DNA of 64,000 nucleotides from Dehalococcoidales bacterium (lineage in GTDB: Bacteria > Chloroflexota > Dehalococcoidia > Dehalococcoidales > JAUWZL01): assembly GCA_034413595.1 (NCBI GenBank), contig DAOUMC010000026.1, forward strand, positions 1,320 to 65,319, given 5' to 3'. This document shows positions 1 to 9,429 of the stretch, in pieces. The translations under genes and the position numbers were made by a program. The first letter of the stretch is position 1. Each line of letters opens with the position of its first letter. The notes below the pieces were generated by a model that was given only the letters and a program-made list of their open reading frames with translations, did not search any database and had not been told where the DNA came from.

Positions 1-1
1 A

Positions 2-148
2 ATGGACAACCTGCATAATGCCACACCGGAGATAATAAGGCTAGCTCTAGATGCGCTGGACATTAAGGTTTACGCCAGTACTGAGCGGGTAGAAATTCGC
101 GGTGTGATTCCGTTAGCTTTACCTACCATTGAACAAACATCGGCATGA
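2..148 (+). CDS. 3' end of a possible large serine recombinase (5' part outside the window)
   Basis: The frame is open from the window edge to TGA 146-148. The translation ...NATPEIIRLALDALDIKVYASTERVEIRGVIPLALPTIEQTSA resembles, from memory, C-terminal tails of resolvase-type large recombinases. It is too short for a firm call. It overlaps the dnaN stop convergently. Confidence 0.3.
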   Translation: MDNLHNATPEIIRLALDALDIKVYASTERVEIRGVIPLALPTIEQTSA

Positions 149-1289
149 TGACGTGGATGTAATTATCAACCCCTACCGGCCGGAAGACCCCGGGGCTTGA
201 GGGGCTGGTGACCTCCAAGGCGACCTGCGGTTCGTGCAGGACGCTGAGGACATCGGTGAGATATTTGCCATTGAAGGCAATCTTTGCCTCCTGCCCCTGA
301 ATGATGGCGTCAACCTCGCCGACATCTTCACCTATTTCTTCGGACTTGGCGGAAATAGAGAGTCTGCCTGGCTCCTTATCGCCATCAGGAGCAACCATCA
401 AACGGACGATGCCGCTGCCATCACGGGCGAAGATGGAGGCTGTCTTGGTTGCTCTTAAAAATTGAGCTACATCAACCACAGCCCGGGTGTTGTAGCTCTG
501 AGGAATAAGCTGGGCATACTGAGGGAAGGTGCCCTGTACCAGCTGGGAGACCAGCTCGGTATCCTTCAGACGGAACAGGACCTGACTTTTGCTGGCGTTT
601 ACTCTGATTTCAATGTTCTCCTCTTGCTCAGTGGCTAACCGGCTTAGCTCAGCCAGGGTCTTGGCTGGTACTATAGCCGTAATCTTCTGGCCGGCCGGAG
701 CCGCCAGAGGCAGCTTGTACACCGCCAGCCTGAAGCCATCGGCGGCGGCCAGTGTCAGCAGGTCGCCTTCGAAATCGGCGTTAACTCCGGTCAGCACCGG
801 CCGGGACTCATCAACGGCGGCAGCAAAGACTATATGTCCAACACCTTGTCGGAGGGCCTCCGCCTCCACGCTGGTGGTAATACCACCTTCAATCTTTGGT
901 ATCGGCGGGAAGTCCTTGGCATCAACACCGCTGATTCTGGCCTCAAAGCGGGCACATTTCAATTCCAGGACCTTGGCCTTGGGTGACAGGTTCATGGCTA
1001 TCGTTTCGGGTTCTCGGCTACCTTTTTTCCCCACACTTTCACTCGGCAGAGAGGCGACGAATTCGGCCAGCAGCCGGGCGGGCACGGTAATCTCTCCCTC
1101 GTCTTCAACCTTTGCCCCCACCCAGCAGCTAATAGCCAGCTCCAGATTGGTGGCCACCAGCTTGAGGCGTCCCTGGTCTGTAGCCAGGAGGACATTGTTG
1201 GTTATGGGCAGCGTTGTTCTGGTAGCGGCAGCCCGCCCAACGATGTTAAGCCCCCGGTTCAGGTTCTCCTGAAGACATGTTAGTTTCAT
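123..1289 (-). CDS. dnaN: DNA polymerase III beta sliding clamp
   Basis: MKLTCLQENLNRGLNIVGRAAATRTTLPITNNVLL... is a typical DnaN N-terminus, with three-domain length. ATG at 1289 follows GGGGGTGG. The tracked ORF extends 13 codons further upstream. Confidence 0.95.
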   Translation of the reverse strand: MKLTCLQENLNRGLNIVGRAAATRTTLPITNNVLLATDQGRLKLVATNLELAISCWVGAKVEDEGEITVPARLLAEFVASLPSESVGKKGSREPETIAMNLSPKAKVLELKCARFEARISGVDAKDFPPIPKIEGGITTSVEAEALRQGVGHIVFAAAVDESRPVLTGVNADFEGDLLTLAAADGFRLAVYKLPLAAPAGQKITAIVPAKTLAELSRLATEQEENIEIRVNASKSQVLFRLKDTELVSQLVQGTFPQYAQLIPQSYNTRAVVDVAQFLRATKTASIFARDGSGIVRLMVAPDGDKEPGRLSISAKSEEIGEDVGEVDAIIQGQEAKIAFNGKYLTDVLSVLHEPQVALEVTSPSSPGVFRPVGVDNYIHVIMPMFVQW

Positions 1290-1346
1290 TTTCCACCCCC
1301 GATAGCTCTGTGGTGTAGTATATACCAATAGCCGTTGATACTCAAG

Positions 1347-1973
1347 TCAGCTGGCCGGTAAATCACCTGATATTTTGTCTTCTAGCAGTTTCTTGAGCAG
1401 CGGGAACGTCTTCTTGGCCGCCCTCCCGCGATGGCTTATCCTGTTTTTTGCTTCAAGGGGTAGTTCAGCCATCGTCTTGCCTAACCGGGGAAGATAGAAG
1501 ACAGGGTCGTAGCCGAAGCCCATCTCCCCTCTGGGCTCGCAGGTGATGAGACCTGAGCAACGGCCGCAGAACAGGTTGACCTGTCCATCAGGTATGGCTA
1601 CGGCGATAACGCAGCGGAATCTTGCCTTACGCTTGCGCCACGAGACATCCTTAAGCCGGGCTAGGAGGCGATTAATCCGCTCATCATCAGAGGCATTAGC
1701 ACCGGCGTAGCGGGCTGATAGCACACCCGGCTCACCACCCAGAACGTCAACCTCAAGGCCGGAATCATCGGCCAGGGTAAGGAGCTGACTCCGGGCGGCC
1801 AGGGTGGTGGCCTTGAGTCTGGCGTTCTCTTCCAGGGTGGCGCCGACCTCATCCACCTCGGTGCTGATATCCAAATCGGACAGGGTAACCAGCTCGTAGG
1901 GTAACTCCCGGAACAGGCTGATGAGCTCTCTTAGCTTTGCCCTGTTACCCGTCGCCAGGAGGAGCTTAGGCAT
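1347..1973 (-). CDS. rdgB: dITP/XTP pyrophosphatase (RdgB/HAM1 family)
   Basis: MPKLLLATGNRAKLRELISLF..., ...FGYDPVF... and ...ISHRGRA are hallmark Ham1 motifs. Confidence 0.9.
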   Translation of the reverse strand: MPKLLLATGNRAKLRELISLFRELPYELVTLSDLDISTEVDEVGATLEENARLKATTLAARSQLLTLADDSGLEVDVLGGEPGVLSARYAGANASDDERINRLLARLKDVSWRKRKARFRCVIAVAIPDGQVNLFCGRCSGLITCEPRGEMGFGYDPVFYLPRLGKTMAELPLEAKNRISHRGRAAKKTFPLLKKLLEDKISGDLPAS

Positions 1974-1977
1974 AACT

Positions 1978-3078
1978 CTATTCCTCTGAAGGCTTAAACC
2001 TGCCCTTGAGCTTTTCCATCACCTCGGGCATGGTGGTGTATTCCATTTCCTCCAGAGGCAGACGATGAGGTTCAAAAGGCCCGTGGCGGCGCATAAAATC
2101 CGCCGCCAGGCTGGCCTGATGGCGGGCGTTGTCAAAAGCCGGGTCGGCAAACATATCGCGGGGCCCTATAAGTCTGCCCTGGGCCAGTTGAAAGCCAAGG
2201 GCTACTACCCGGGGTGGGCCATCAAAGCGGGAAGGGGTGCTGTCCTCTATAGATACCGGCATAAGGGGACCATGGTGGGAACCCCGCATCCAGCCCTCAA
2301 CCAGAGTGGGTGAAGTGAATGGTTCCAGAATCTCGCCCACTGCCGGGAATATGCCCTGGGCGCGGACGATGCAGACCGGGTCATCCTTGCCCACGTAGCG
2401 GCCGGCGATTAAAGCCAGACGCTGGGTTGAGGAAACGGCGGCTATCTCTCCGGTATCCCGGTGGTAGACGGCCTTCACAGCGTAGCGTGACGGGGCGCCG
2501 ATGAAGACCAGGAGGTCATAAATCTCCCCCGGGGCGTTAAAGGTTATCTCGGTGTGCTCTTTGAGGTCGTGGACTTCAAAGGAGAAGCCATTATGCATAT
2601 TTGAGGCAATCACCAGCCCGATGGTGTTGAACGGGTCGGCAAATATCTTATACAGCGGCAGATTCCAGGCCCCGGAGGATGTTTTATCGGCCATAAAGAT
2701 GATAACCGGTTCGGAGGGGCGTTCCTCGATCTCCATCTCAGCCAGCCCCGGGCCCATCCCCCTGATGTTGCCTGCGAAGGCGTCGGACAAAAGGTCTTGG
2801 CCGGCACCGTAGAGCTTCAACTTCTTGGCGACCTCGGTGCAACTGACAAAGGTATTCCAGGCCAGCTCATGGATTTTCTTGTTGTTTACCCCGAGTGCGT
2901 GGGTCATGATTAGCTGGGCATCGTCGCCACACTTGGTTACGTGGAAGTCAGTCAGCAGCCCGTCTGCCCTGGCTCTCTCAAGGTATTCACAGGCCTGGGC
3001 CAGGACATCGGGGTGAGACTCGCTGTGACCGACATAACCGCCAATATCAGCCTTTATTACGCTCAGTGTAATCTTCAT
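1978..3078 (-). CDS. fbp: Bifunctional fructose-1,6-bisphosphate aldolase/phosphatase (class V FBPase)
   Basis: MKITLSVIKADIGGYVGHSESHP... at about 366 aa is characteristic of the archaeal-type FBP aldolase/phosphatase. Confidence 0.9.
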   Translation of the reverse strand: MKITLSVIKADIGGYVGHSESHPDVLAQACEYLERARADGLLTDFHVTKCGDDAQLIMTHALGVNNKKIHELAWNTFVSCTEVAKKLKLYGAGQDLLSDAFAGNIRGMGPGLAEMEIEERPSEPVIIFMADKTSSGAWNLPLYKIFADPFNTIGLVIASNMHNGFSFEVHDLKEHTEITFNAPGEIYDLLVFIGAPSRYAVKAVYHRDTGEIAAVSSTQRLALIAGRYVGKDDPVCIVRAQGIFPAVGEILEPFTSPTLVEGWMRGSHHGPLMPVSIEDSTPSRFDGPPRVVALGFQLAQGRLIGPRDMFADPAFDNARHQASLAADFMRRHGPFEPHRLPLEEMEYTTMPEVMEKLKGRFKPSEE

Positions 3079-3102
3079 AACCCCCTCCTTGTCTTGTTTT
3101 AT

Positions 3103-3630
3103 CTAATAGTCAATTCCCCGGCGTGCCTTTATGCCCCGGGAAAAGGGGTGTTTTATCATCAGCATTTCAGTGACCAGGTCGGCAATCTGGACCAGCCTGG
3201 GCTCGGCGTAGCGGCCGGTGAGGATAAGCTCCACACCCTTGGGCTTTTCATTGATAAGTTTAATCACGTCGTCTGCCTCGATGAGTCTGTAATTCAGGGC
3301 GATATTTACTTCGTCCAGTATTACCAGGTCGTATTTGCCGCTAGCCACGGCCTCTGTAGCGGCGGCCAAGGCTGACTTGGCCTGTTCTTTATCCTCCGCG
3401 GTGACGTTGTCCTTGTCCACCCAGCCCCTTTGCCCAAAGCTGACCAGGGTGATGTTGTCCAGCTTGGACAGGGCTTCTGCCTCACCGTGAACATAGTCCT
3501 TGCCCTTCATAAAAAAGACGATGAACACCTTTAAGCCGTGACCGGCGGCTCTGACGGCAGTGCCTATAGCGGCTGTGGTCTTGCCCTTACCCTCGCCGGT
3601 GAAGATGGAGACCAGACCCTGTTTGAGCAT
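3103..3630 (-). CDS. cobO: Cob(I)yrinic acid a,c-diamide adenosyltransferase (CobA/CobO/BtuR type)
   Basis: P-loop FTGEGKGKTTAAIG and ...LDEVNIAL..., 175 aa. Confidence 0.85.
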   Translation of the reverse strand: MLKQGLVSIFTGEGKGKTTAAIGTAVRAAGHGLKVFIVFFMKGKDYVHGEAEALSKLDNITLVSFGQRGWVDKDNVTAEDKEQAKSALAAATEAVASGKYDLVILDEVNIALNYRLIEADDVIKLINEKPKGVELILTGRYAEPRLVQIADLVTEMLMIKHPFSRGIKARRGIDY

Positions 3631-3767
3631 GATAGATACTGGGTAGCTGATAATAATCCAACCAGCCTAGTTTAGCAACCGATGGCGGTGTGTGTCAAGA
3701 AGAGTAGTTTAGTTAGCTACATCAGGCTTGAAATCCCGGCCTTGGACGGGTAGAATAACCACCACTG

Positions 3768-4532
3768 ATGAAAATTCTACGTTTCGCTGCCGATGGCGGG
3801 GTCAAATACGGCATACTCAGTGGGGAAGCTATTCAGGCAATCAAAGACAAGCCCTTCAAGCAAATCAAACTATCCGGCCAGAATTTCCGGCTAGACCGGG
3901 TCAGGCTGCTGGCGCCGTGCCAGCCGTCCAAGATTGTCGCCACCGGGCTTAACTACAGGAAGCATGCCAAGGAGCTTGATTCGCCGCTGCCCGATACTCC
4001 TTTAATCTTTCTGAAACCGCCTACGGCGGTGATAGGACCCGAGGATAACATTGTCTATCCCCCCGCTTCAACCCGGGTCGACTACGAAGGAGAGCTGGCG
4101 GTGGTGATAAAGAAGCCGGCGCGGCGGGTGGAGGCCAAAGAGGCAATGGATTATATCCTGGGCTACACCTGCTTTAATGATGTCACTGCCCGTGACCTTC
4201 AGGAGCGTGATAAGCAGTGGACCCGAGCCAAGGGCTTTGATACCTTTGCCGCCATCGGTCCCTGGATTGAGACCGAGCTTGACCCGGGCAATCTGGTTGT
4301 CGAGACCTGTCTCAATGGCGAGCTGAAACAGCGGGGCAATACCCGAGACCTCATCTATCCGGTCCCGGAACTGGTAAGCTTCATCTCGGACGTGATGACC
4401 CTGCTGCCGGGTGACATTGTCGCCACCGGCACCCCCAGCGGTGTTGGCCCGATGTGTCCCGGCGATACCATTGAGGTCAGCATTGAGTCAATCGGCACCC
4501 TGCGGAACTCTGTCGTTATAGACGGTGGCTAG
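3768..4532 (+). CDS. Fumarylacetoacetate hydrolase family protein
   Basis: ...GLNYRKHAKE..., ...VDYEGELAVVI... and ...GDIVATGTPSGVG are FAH-fold motifs. Confidence 0.85.
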   Translation: MKILRFAADGGVKYGILSGEAIQAIKDKPFKQIKLSGQNFRLDRVRLLAPCQPSKIVATGLNYRKHAKELDSPLPDTPLIFLKPPTAVIGPEDNIVYPPASTRVDYEGELAVVIKKPARRVEAKEAMDYILGYTCFNDVTARDLQERDKQWTRAKGFDTFAAIGPWIETELDPGNLVVETCLNGELKQRGNTRDLIYPVPELVSFISDVMTLLPGDIVATGTPSGVGPMCPGDTIEVSIESIGTLRNSVVIDGG

Positions 4533-4538
4533 TCCAGG

Positions 4539-4910
4539 CTAGTTACCGCTACTCAGAAAAGACTCTCTGATGTCAGGTCTGGTCAGATAAAGCAGCAGGA
4601 GCACGCCAATAGCTGTGCCCACCGGGAAGAAGAAAAGGCCCAATGCCCCGTGAACAATACTCAGGACTCTGCCCCACTCCTTGCCCTTAATAAGCCCGAT
4701 GCCGCCGGCGATGGCCAGGGCGATAAACATCATCAGCACCATCACGGCTACACCGTAACCGAAGAGGACTCCCGCCAGAGCTGGCCCTGATACGCCGCTT
4801 GCGGCACCGGGCAGGATGAAGGTGGCGATGATGCATAAGCCAATAAATGTCCCGAATGCGGTAATGAATTCCCAGACGGCTATCAGTACTAAAAACTCGG
4901 GTCTTTTCAT
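4539..4910 (-). CDS. Small polytopic membrane protein, unknown function
   Basis: Four hydrophobic helices. The likely start is MKRPEF at 4910 after GAGGGTAGGG. There are no recognisable catalytic motifs. Confidence 0.5.
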   Translation of the reverse strand: MKRPEFLVLIAVWEFITAFGTFIGLCIIATFILPGAASGVSGPALAGVLFGYGVAVMVLMMFIALAIAGGIGLIKGKEWGRVLSIVHGALGLFFFPVGTAIGVLLLLYLTRPDIRESFLSSGN

Positions 4911-4983
4911 TTTCTTTGCCCTACCCTCGCCCCACGGCTGTTTTGAAGTTGAGATTTTTGGTGCCAACAGACTGTACCCCTTC

Positions 4984-5745
4984 CTACCACAGCCCGGGTA
5001 TCAGTGCCTTACGCCCCGGGGGATAGTCGGGGAAGTTTTGCCCGTACCAGGCGTGGTGTGAGCGGGCACGAGGCACCAGATTGGCCGCTGTCCATACAGC
5101 GAATGCCAGGCCGGGTAATGACCATGTCGCCACCGCCCATCCCGTCCAGATGATAATCTCACCGAGGTAGTTGGGGCAGGATATCCATCGGTAAAGCCCG
5201 CCCTGCGGTACCGTGTAACCGGGCTCACCGGGTCGGCACAGACTGCGGAGCGCGTAGTCTGCCCTGAGATTGATAATAAGACCAGTGGCGAATAGCAGCA
5301 ACCCCGAGATAAACCTTGGGTCCCAGAGCCACTGGCCGCCGTAGCCATCGGAGAAAGTGAATAAATAGCGGCCATTGAGATAGCCGTTTACCGTATTGAA
5401 CAGAAACCCCAGGCCAACGATAACGAGTGGCATCCGTGTGTTGCCACCGCGCAGCATGAACGGGTAAATGAAAGCCCGGTGTATGTAGTGGGCCTGCCAC
5501 GCGCCAAGGAAAACCAGCATGGTGATGGTGTTGGTGCTGTTACCCAGAAAGAAGCAGGTGGCGAACACGATGGGTGCCGCCGCCTCCATAACCAGCCAGC
5601 CTGCTCTTTTGTTGACGGTGGGCCCCCAGCCGCCGTGGCTGTGACGGCCGTAGGGAGCGGCGAAAAAGAGCAGCGACACAAAGACTGTGGCTGCCAGTAT
5701 GAACCAGCCTGCCAGCAGGCCGTTGAAAAAAGATTGTTCGGTCAC
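4984..5745 (-). CDS. 3-oxo-5-alpha-steroid 4-dehydrogenase / steroid 5-alpha-reductase family membrane protein
   Basis: C-terminal ...CPNYLGEIIIWTGWA...SHHAWY... is typical of the S5A reductase/DUF1295 fold. The protein is polytopic. Confidence 0.75.
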   Translation of the reverse strand: MTEQSFFNGLLAGWFILAATVFVSLLFFAAPYGRHSHGGWGPTVNKRAGWLVMEAAAPIVFATCFFLGNSTNTITMLVFLGAWQAHYIHRAFIYPFMLRGGNTRMPLVIVGLGFLFNTVNGYLNGRYLFTFSDGYGGQWLWDPRFISGLLLFATGLIINLRADYALRSLCRPGEPGYTVPQGGLYRWISCPNYLGEIIIWTGWAVATWSLPGLAFAVWTAANLVPRARSHHAWYGQNFPDYPPGRKALIPGLW

Positions 5746-5905
5746 AGTGAGCCTGTTGAGGTTCGGTCGTTTGCTGGCAATTATAACATATGGACAGTTA
5801 GATTATTAGTCTTGCGTTAAGTAGAGATAGCGGCTTGACATATTTTCACATCATACGATAATTTAGTCAGGTGTGGTATTAAGACGGCACCGGAGGTGGT
5901 GTGAT

Positions 5906-6628
5906 ATGACCAAGAATAAAAACGGGCTGGTTACCTGCCAGATCTGCGGGCGGCAGAAGAAACTCAGTGAGGTCAGGCCGGCGGCGCTCATCCGTGAACC
6001 CATACTGGAGCTAATTCGGAAGGAACACCCCGACTGGTCTTCAGACGGTTTCATATGCATCCCTGACCTCAACCGCTTCAGGGAGGAGTATGTCCGGGAT
6101 GTTCTGGCCCGGGGTAAGGGTGAAGTCTCGGTTCTTGAAGAGGAAGTTATGAAGAGTCTGAGAGAGCACGAGCTTGTGTCCAGCAACATCAATGTTGAGT
6201 TTGAGCGCAAGCTGACCCTGGGACAGCGTCTATCGGACAGGTTGGCGGCGTATGCCGGAAGCTGGCGCTTCATCGGCATCTTTGGCGCTGCTGTTCTTGT
6301 ATGGATTGGCATAAACTCAATAGTATTGATACTTAGACCCTTTGACCCGTACCCGTTTATTCTCCTGAACCTGATTCTTTCCTGCATCGCCGCCATCCAG
6401 GCCCCCATAATTATGATGAGCCAGAACCGCCTGGAAGCCAAGGACAGGCTGAGGTCGGAGTATGACTACAGGGTTAACCTCAAGGCAGAGCTGGAGATTC
6501 GCCAGCTGCATGAGAAGATGGACCACCTGCTGATGACCCAGTGGCAGAGGCTTCTGGAGATACAGGAAATGCAGATGGAGCTCATTGAGGAAATAGGCCG
6601 CAAAGCCCCGGGGAAGGGTGGTGGTTAG
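5906..6628 (+). CDS. DUF1003 family membrane protein with N-terminal CxxC
   Basis: ...GSWRFIGIFGAAVLVWIGIN...DPYPFILLNLILSCIAAIQAPIIMMSQNR is the DUF1003 signature. ATG 5906 is preceded by GGAGGTGG. Confidence 0.75.
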   Translation: MTKNKNGLVTCQICGRQKKLSEVRPAALIREPILELIRKEHPDWSSDGFICIPDLNRFREEYVRDVLARGKGEVSVLEEEVMKSLREHELVSSNINVEFERKLTLGQRLSDRLAAYAGSWRFIGIFGAAVLVWIGINSIVLILRPFDPYPFILLNLILSCIAAIQAPIIMMSQNRLEAKDRLRSEYDYRVNLKAELEIRQLHEKMDHLLMTQWQRLLEIQEMQMELIEEIGRKAPGKGGG

Positions 6629-6635
6629 CTGGGCT

Positions 6636-7358
6636 ATGCACTACTATATCGGCACTTCGGGCTGGCACTATGAGCACTGGCGGGGCTTATTCTATCCCGA
6701 GGAGCTGCCCAAGGCCAGGTGGCTTGAGTTTTATGCCAGGCATTTCGCCACTGTTGAGATAAACAGCAGCTTCTACCGCCTGCCCTCGGAGAACGCCTAC
6801 GCCGGCTGGTATGAAAGCTCTCCGGCTGGTTTCACCTTTGCCGTTAAGGTGAGCCGTTACATTACCCACATCAAGAGGCTGAAAGATACCGGAGAGGCGG
6901 TGGACAAGTTTATTAAGCGGGCAAGAGGGCTGAAAGAGAAACTGGGGCCGCTGCTCTACCAGCTGCCGCCCAATATGCACCGCAATGACGAGGTGCTGGA
7001 GGCTTTCCTGGCCGCTCTGCCCCGGGGGTTTAAACATGTCTTCGAATTCCGGCACCAGTCCTGGTTTGAGGACGGGGTTCTAGAAACTTTACATAAATAT
7101 AATGCCGGCTTCTGCGTCTTTGACATGCCTTTTCTTGACTGCCCGGTGGCAGCCACGGCTGATTTCGCCTACATCCGGTTTCACGGCAGCACCGCGCTGT
7201 ACTCCAGCAACTACTCCGATAAAGAGCTGGCGCACTGGGCGGAGAAGATTAAGGAACTGGCAGGTGGTCTGAAAGCCGCCTATGTCTACTTCAATAACGA
7301 CGCCGAGGCTTTTGCCATAAAAAACGCCACCACTCTCGGCCATTACCTTAGCTCTTAG
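6636..7358 (+). CDS. DUF72 domain protein
   Basis: MHYYIGTSGWHYEHWRGLFYP...EINSSFYRLP is the canonical DUF72 N-terminus. Confidence 0.85.
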   Translation: MHYYIGTSGWHYEHWRGLFYPEELPKARWLEFYARHFATVEINSSFYRLPSENAYAGWYESSPAGFTFAVKVSRYITHIKRLKDTGEAVDKFIKRARGLKEKLGPLLYQLPPNMHRNDEVLEAFLAALPRGFKHVFEFRHQSWFEDGVLETLHKYNAGFCVFDMPFLDCPVAATADFAYIRFHGSTALYSSNYSDKELAHWAEKIKELAGGLKAAYVYFNNDAEAFAIKNATTLGHYLSS

Positions 7359-7377
7359 TGATGGCTTTGTTTGGAAT

Positions 7378-7521
7378 TTGGCTCAAGGAGCTTCCCTACT
7401 TGTGGGCGTCTGAGAGGGGATTAAGGGCGAGGTTGAGTAATCAACCAAAACCGAAGCACCTGACATCTTAGCCGTTGTTATTCACTGCCAGAACCGCTAA
7501 AATGGAGTGTTTGGCTCAAGG
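7378..7521. repeat. 12-bp direct repeat TTTGGCTCAAGG (7378-7389 and 7510-7521) bracketing a family-A repeat fragment (7424-7445)
   Basis: Exact 12-mer read twice. GAGAGGGGATTAAGGGCGAGGT between the copies is nearly the reverse complement of 35653-35680. Confidence 0.6.
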
Positions 7522-7544
7522 GCTAGAAAGGCGAGCTAAGATAG

Positions 7545-8360
7545 ATGGCAGATTACGAGCTTCTGGTGGTTGACGTTGACGGCACACTGGTTGATAGGCA
7601 CGGCACCATCTCTGATGAGGATAAAAAGGCGCTGGCAAGAACGAGAGCCCTTGGGGTAAAGGTGTCGCTGTCCACCGGCCGGATAATCAAAGCCTGCCTC
7701 ACAATACTGGAACAGCTATCTCTGGATGGCTACCATATCTTCTTTGACGGTGCTCTGGTCAGCAACCCGTCTCAAAGCACCGAGGTCTACAGCCGGCCAA
7801 TCAAGAAGGAGGTGGTCAGGCAGGCAGTTGACTTCGCCCGGGCGAACAATATCTACCTGGAGCTTTATTCCCGGGACTGCTTCTTTGCCGAGCGCCAGAA
7901 CTGGTCGGACGAAGTCCACCGCAGGTTCTTCAGGGTGGAGCCGACCTTCGTGGACTTTACCGGCATCTGGGAGCGGGAGCGTATTATCAAGGCCGAGATG
8001 GTGGTGCACAACCAGGAGGAAAGAAGGAAGACCGAGCTCTTTCAGGACAGGTTTCGCCCCAGCCTCCGCTTCTCCATCGCCCGCTCCCCGGCCTATCCCG
8101 AGATTGACTTTATCAATGTCATCGACCCCGGGGTCTCCAAGGGAGAGGCCCTGAAGGCGCTGGCTTCGTTTTTGGGAGTGCCCATCAGCCGGGTGATAGC
8201 CATAGGCGATGGTCTGAATGACATTCCACTGCTGGAAGCCGCCGGGCTGGCGGTGGCTATGGGCAACGCCTTTCCCGAGGTCAAGAAAGTGGCCGACTGT
8301 ATCACCTTAGACGTTGACCACGGTGGCCTGGCGGCGGCCATTGAGCGGCTTGTATTGTAG
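7545..8360 (+). CDS. Cof-type HAD-IIB family hydrolase
   Basis: LVVDVDGTLV motif I, ...LSTGR..., and C-terminal ...AIGDGLNDIPLL... motif IV. Confidence 0.85.
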   Translation: MADYELLVVDVDGTLVDRHGTISDEDKKALARTRALGVKVSLSTGRIIKACLTILEQLSLDGYHIFFDGALVSNPSQSTEVYSRPIKKEVVRQAVDFARANNIYLELYSRDCFFAERQNWSDEVHRRFFRVEPTFVDFTGIWERERIIKAEMVVHNQEERRKTELFQDRFRPSLRFSIARSPAYPEIDFINVIDPGVSKGEALKALASFLGVPISRVIAIGDGLNDIPLLEAAGLAVAMGNAFPEVKKVADCITLDVDHGGLAAAIERLVL

Positions 8361-8394
8361 AGAACTGGACATTGGGGCTTGGCCTCACCGGCAG

Positions 8395-9297
8395 CTATGG
8401 ATGGATGGCTCCCGTCAGTAACCCTGAGTCCCGGAGAACGGCAAGCATCTCCAGGTCAGCGAGTGCTTCATCCTTCAAATTCTCAAGGCCTGGCAGCGAA
8501 AATAACGCGCCGTAGCCCTCTGCCAGGAGACGGTAGACCAGAAAGGGCATGGAAGAGTAAATCATCTTGTATTCCGGCCGCTTCAGGTAGGGCATAGACG
8601 GGCGCGGTTTGGCCTTGAGGTATTCAACCTTGTTGTGGTCGGGGTGGGTCGGGCGGCACCAGTCTGCGGGGCTGCAGGAGATTACACGGGCGCAGACCAG
8701 AGGCCTGGCCTCGTATATGGAACAGGAGCCCCGGACCAGGAACGGGCAGGGAATGACTTGACCTGCGTAAAGGGCCAGCTCGGTTTGAAAGACTGACCGC
8801 TCTTCATCTGTCGCCTGCTCTGAGGTGACCTTTTCGTGCAGTATGTTTATATTCCGGAAGCAGTGTTCGATTTTCAGTATCCGACTTTGCCAGATGGGGA
8901 ACGCCCGGATGAAGTGTTCCAGCGCACCCTCGTTATGATAAAGATAGTAGACAATGCCCTCACAGTCCTGCAGTGACGCCGTCACAAACAGGTGGCAGCA
9001 GCAGGAGCAGCCCTGGGAGCAGGAGATGGTCTTGCCCCTGGCGGCAACTTCTTGCCTGAGTTCATCCTCCATTTCCCTTGTGAGTTTTTTCTTGAACTCC
9101 AAGTAGTCGACACAGAAGGCTTCTCTCAGTCTCCCCAGAGGGCCTTTATAGGCCACGGTGCGGTTGATGCTGAAGCAGTCCGGCTGGTTAACCGACAGGC
9201 CGCAGCACTTTTTAAACTTTTTGCCGCTGCCGCAGGGGCAGGGGTCGTTTCTGCCGACCCGGATTTTTGAAGGCATGGTTTTCTTTACTCTCGGCAA
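8395..9297 (-). CDS. SEC-C motif protein fused to a YkgJ-like (CxxCxxCC) Zn/Fe-chelating domain
   Basis: N-terminal [18 protein letters not shown] (SEC-C metal-binding motif). An internal [10 protein letters not shown] cluster is typical of UPF0153/YkgJ. Confidence 0.7.
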   Translation of the reverse strand: MPRVKKTMPSKIRVGRNDPCPCGSGKKFKKCCGLSVNQPDCFSINRTVAYKGPLGRLREAFCVDYLEFKKKLTREMEDELRQEVAARGKTISCSQGCSCCCHLFVTASLQDCEGIVYYLYHNEGALEHFIRAFPIWQSRILKIEHCFRNINILHEKVTSEQATDEERSVFQTELALYAGQVIPCPFLVRGSCSIYEARPLVCARVISCSPADWCRPTHPDHNKVEYLKAKPRPSMPYLKRPEYKMIYSSMPFLVYRLLAEGYGALFSLPGLENLKDEALADLEMLAVLRDSGLLTGAIHP

Positions 9298-9370
9298 TTA
9301 TACGCCGAGGCGTGGCTTAAGGCAAAACGAGGCTTGAGTAAAAGATGAAGTATTATAAATATTATTTATC

Positions 9371-9399
9371 TTGACTTAATAAATTATTTATGGTAGTAT
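9371..9399 (+). promoter_or_regulatory. Sigma-70-like promoter TTGACT-17-TAGTAT for the reductase/activase pair
   Basis: Hexamers read directly with a 17-nt spacer, in a very AT-rich stretch with near-repeats ATAAATATTATTTAT / ATAAATTATTTAT. AGGGAGG RBS at 9415-9421. Confidence 0.45.
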
Positions 9400-9429
9400 C
9401 TAAGAAATATTATCAGGGAGGTTTTCAGA

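Noticed and set aside
589-1272. 227-aa + strand ORF inside dnaN
   Set aside because: It is antisense to a confidently identified dnaN. The translation is Ser/Ala/Arg-rich and low-complexity, typical of the reverse frame of a GC-rich gene.
5863-6441. 192-aa minus-strand ORF
   Set aside because: It is antisense to the DUF1003 gene, which has a clear family signature.
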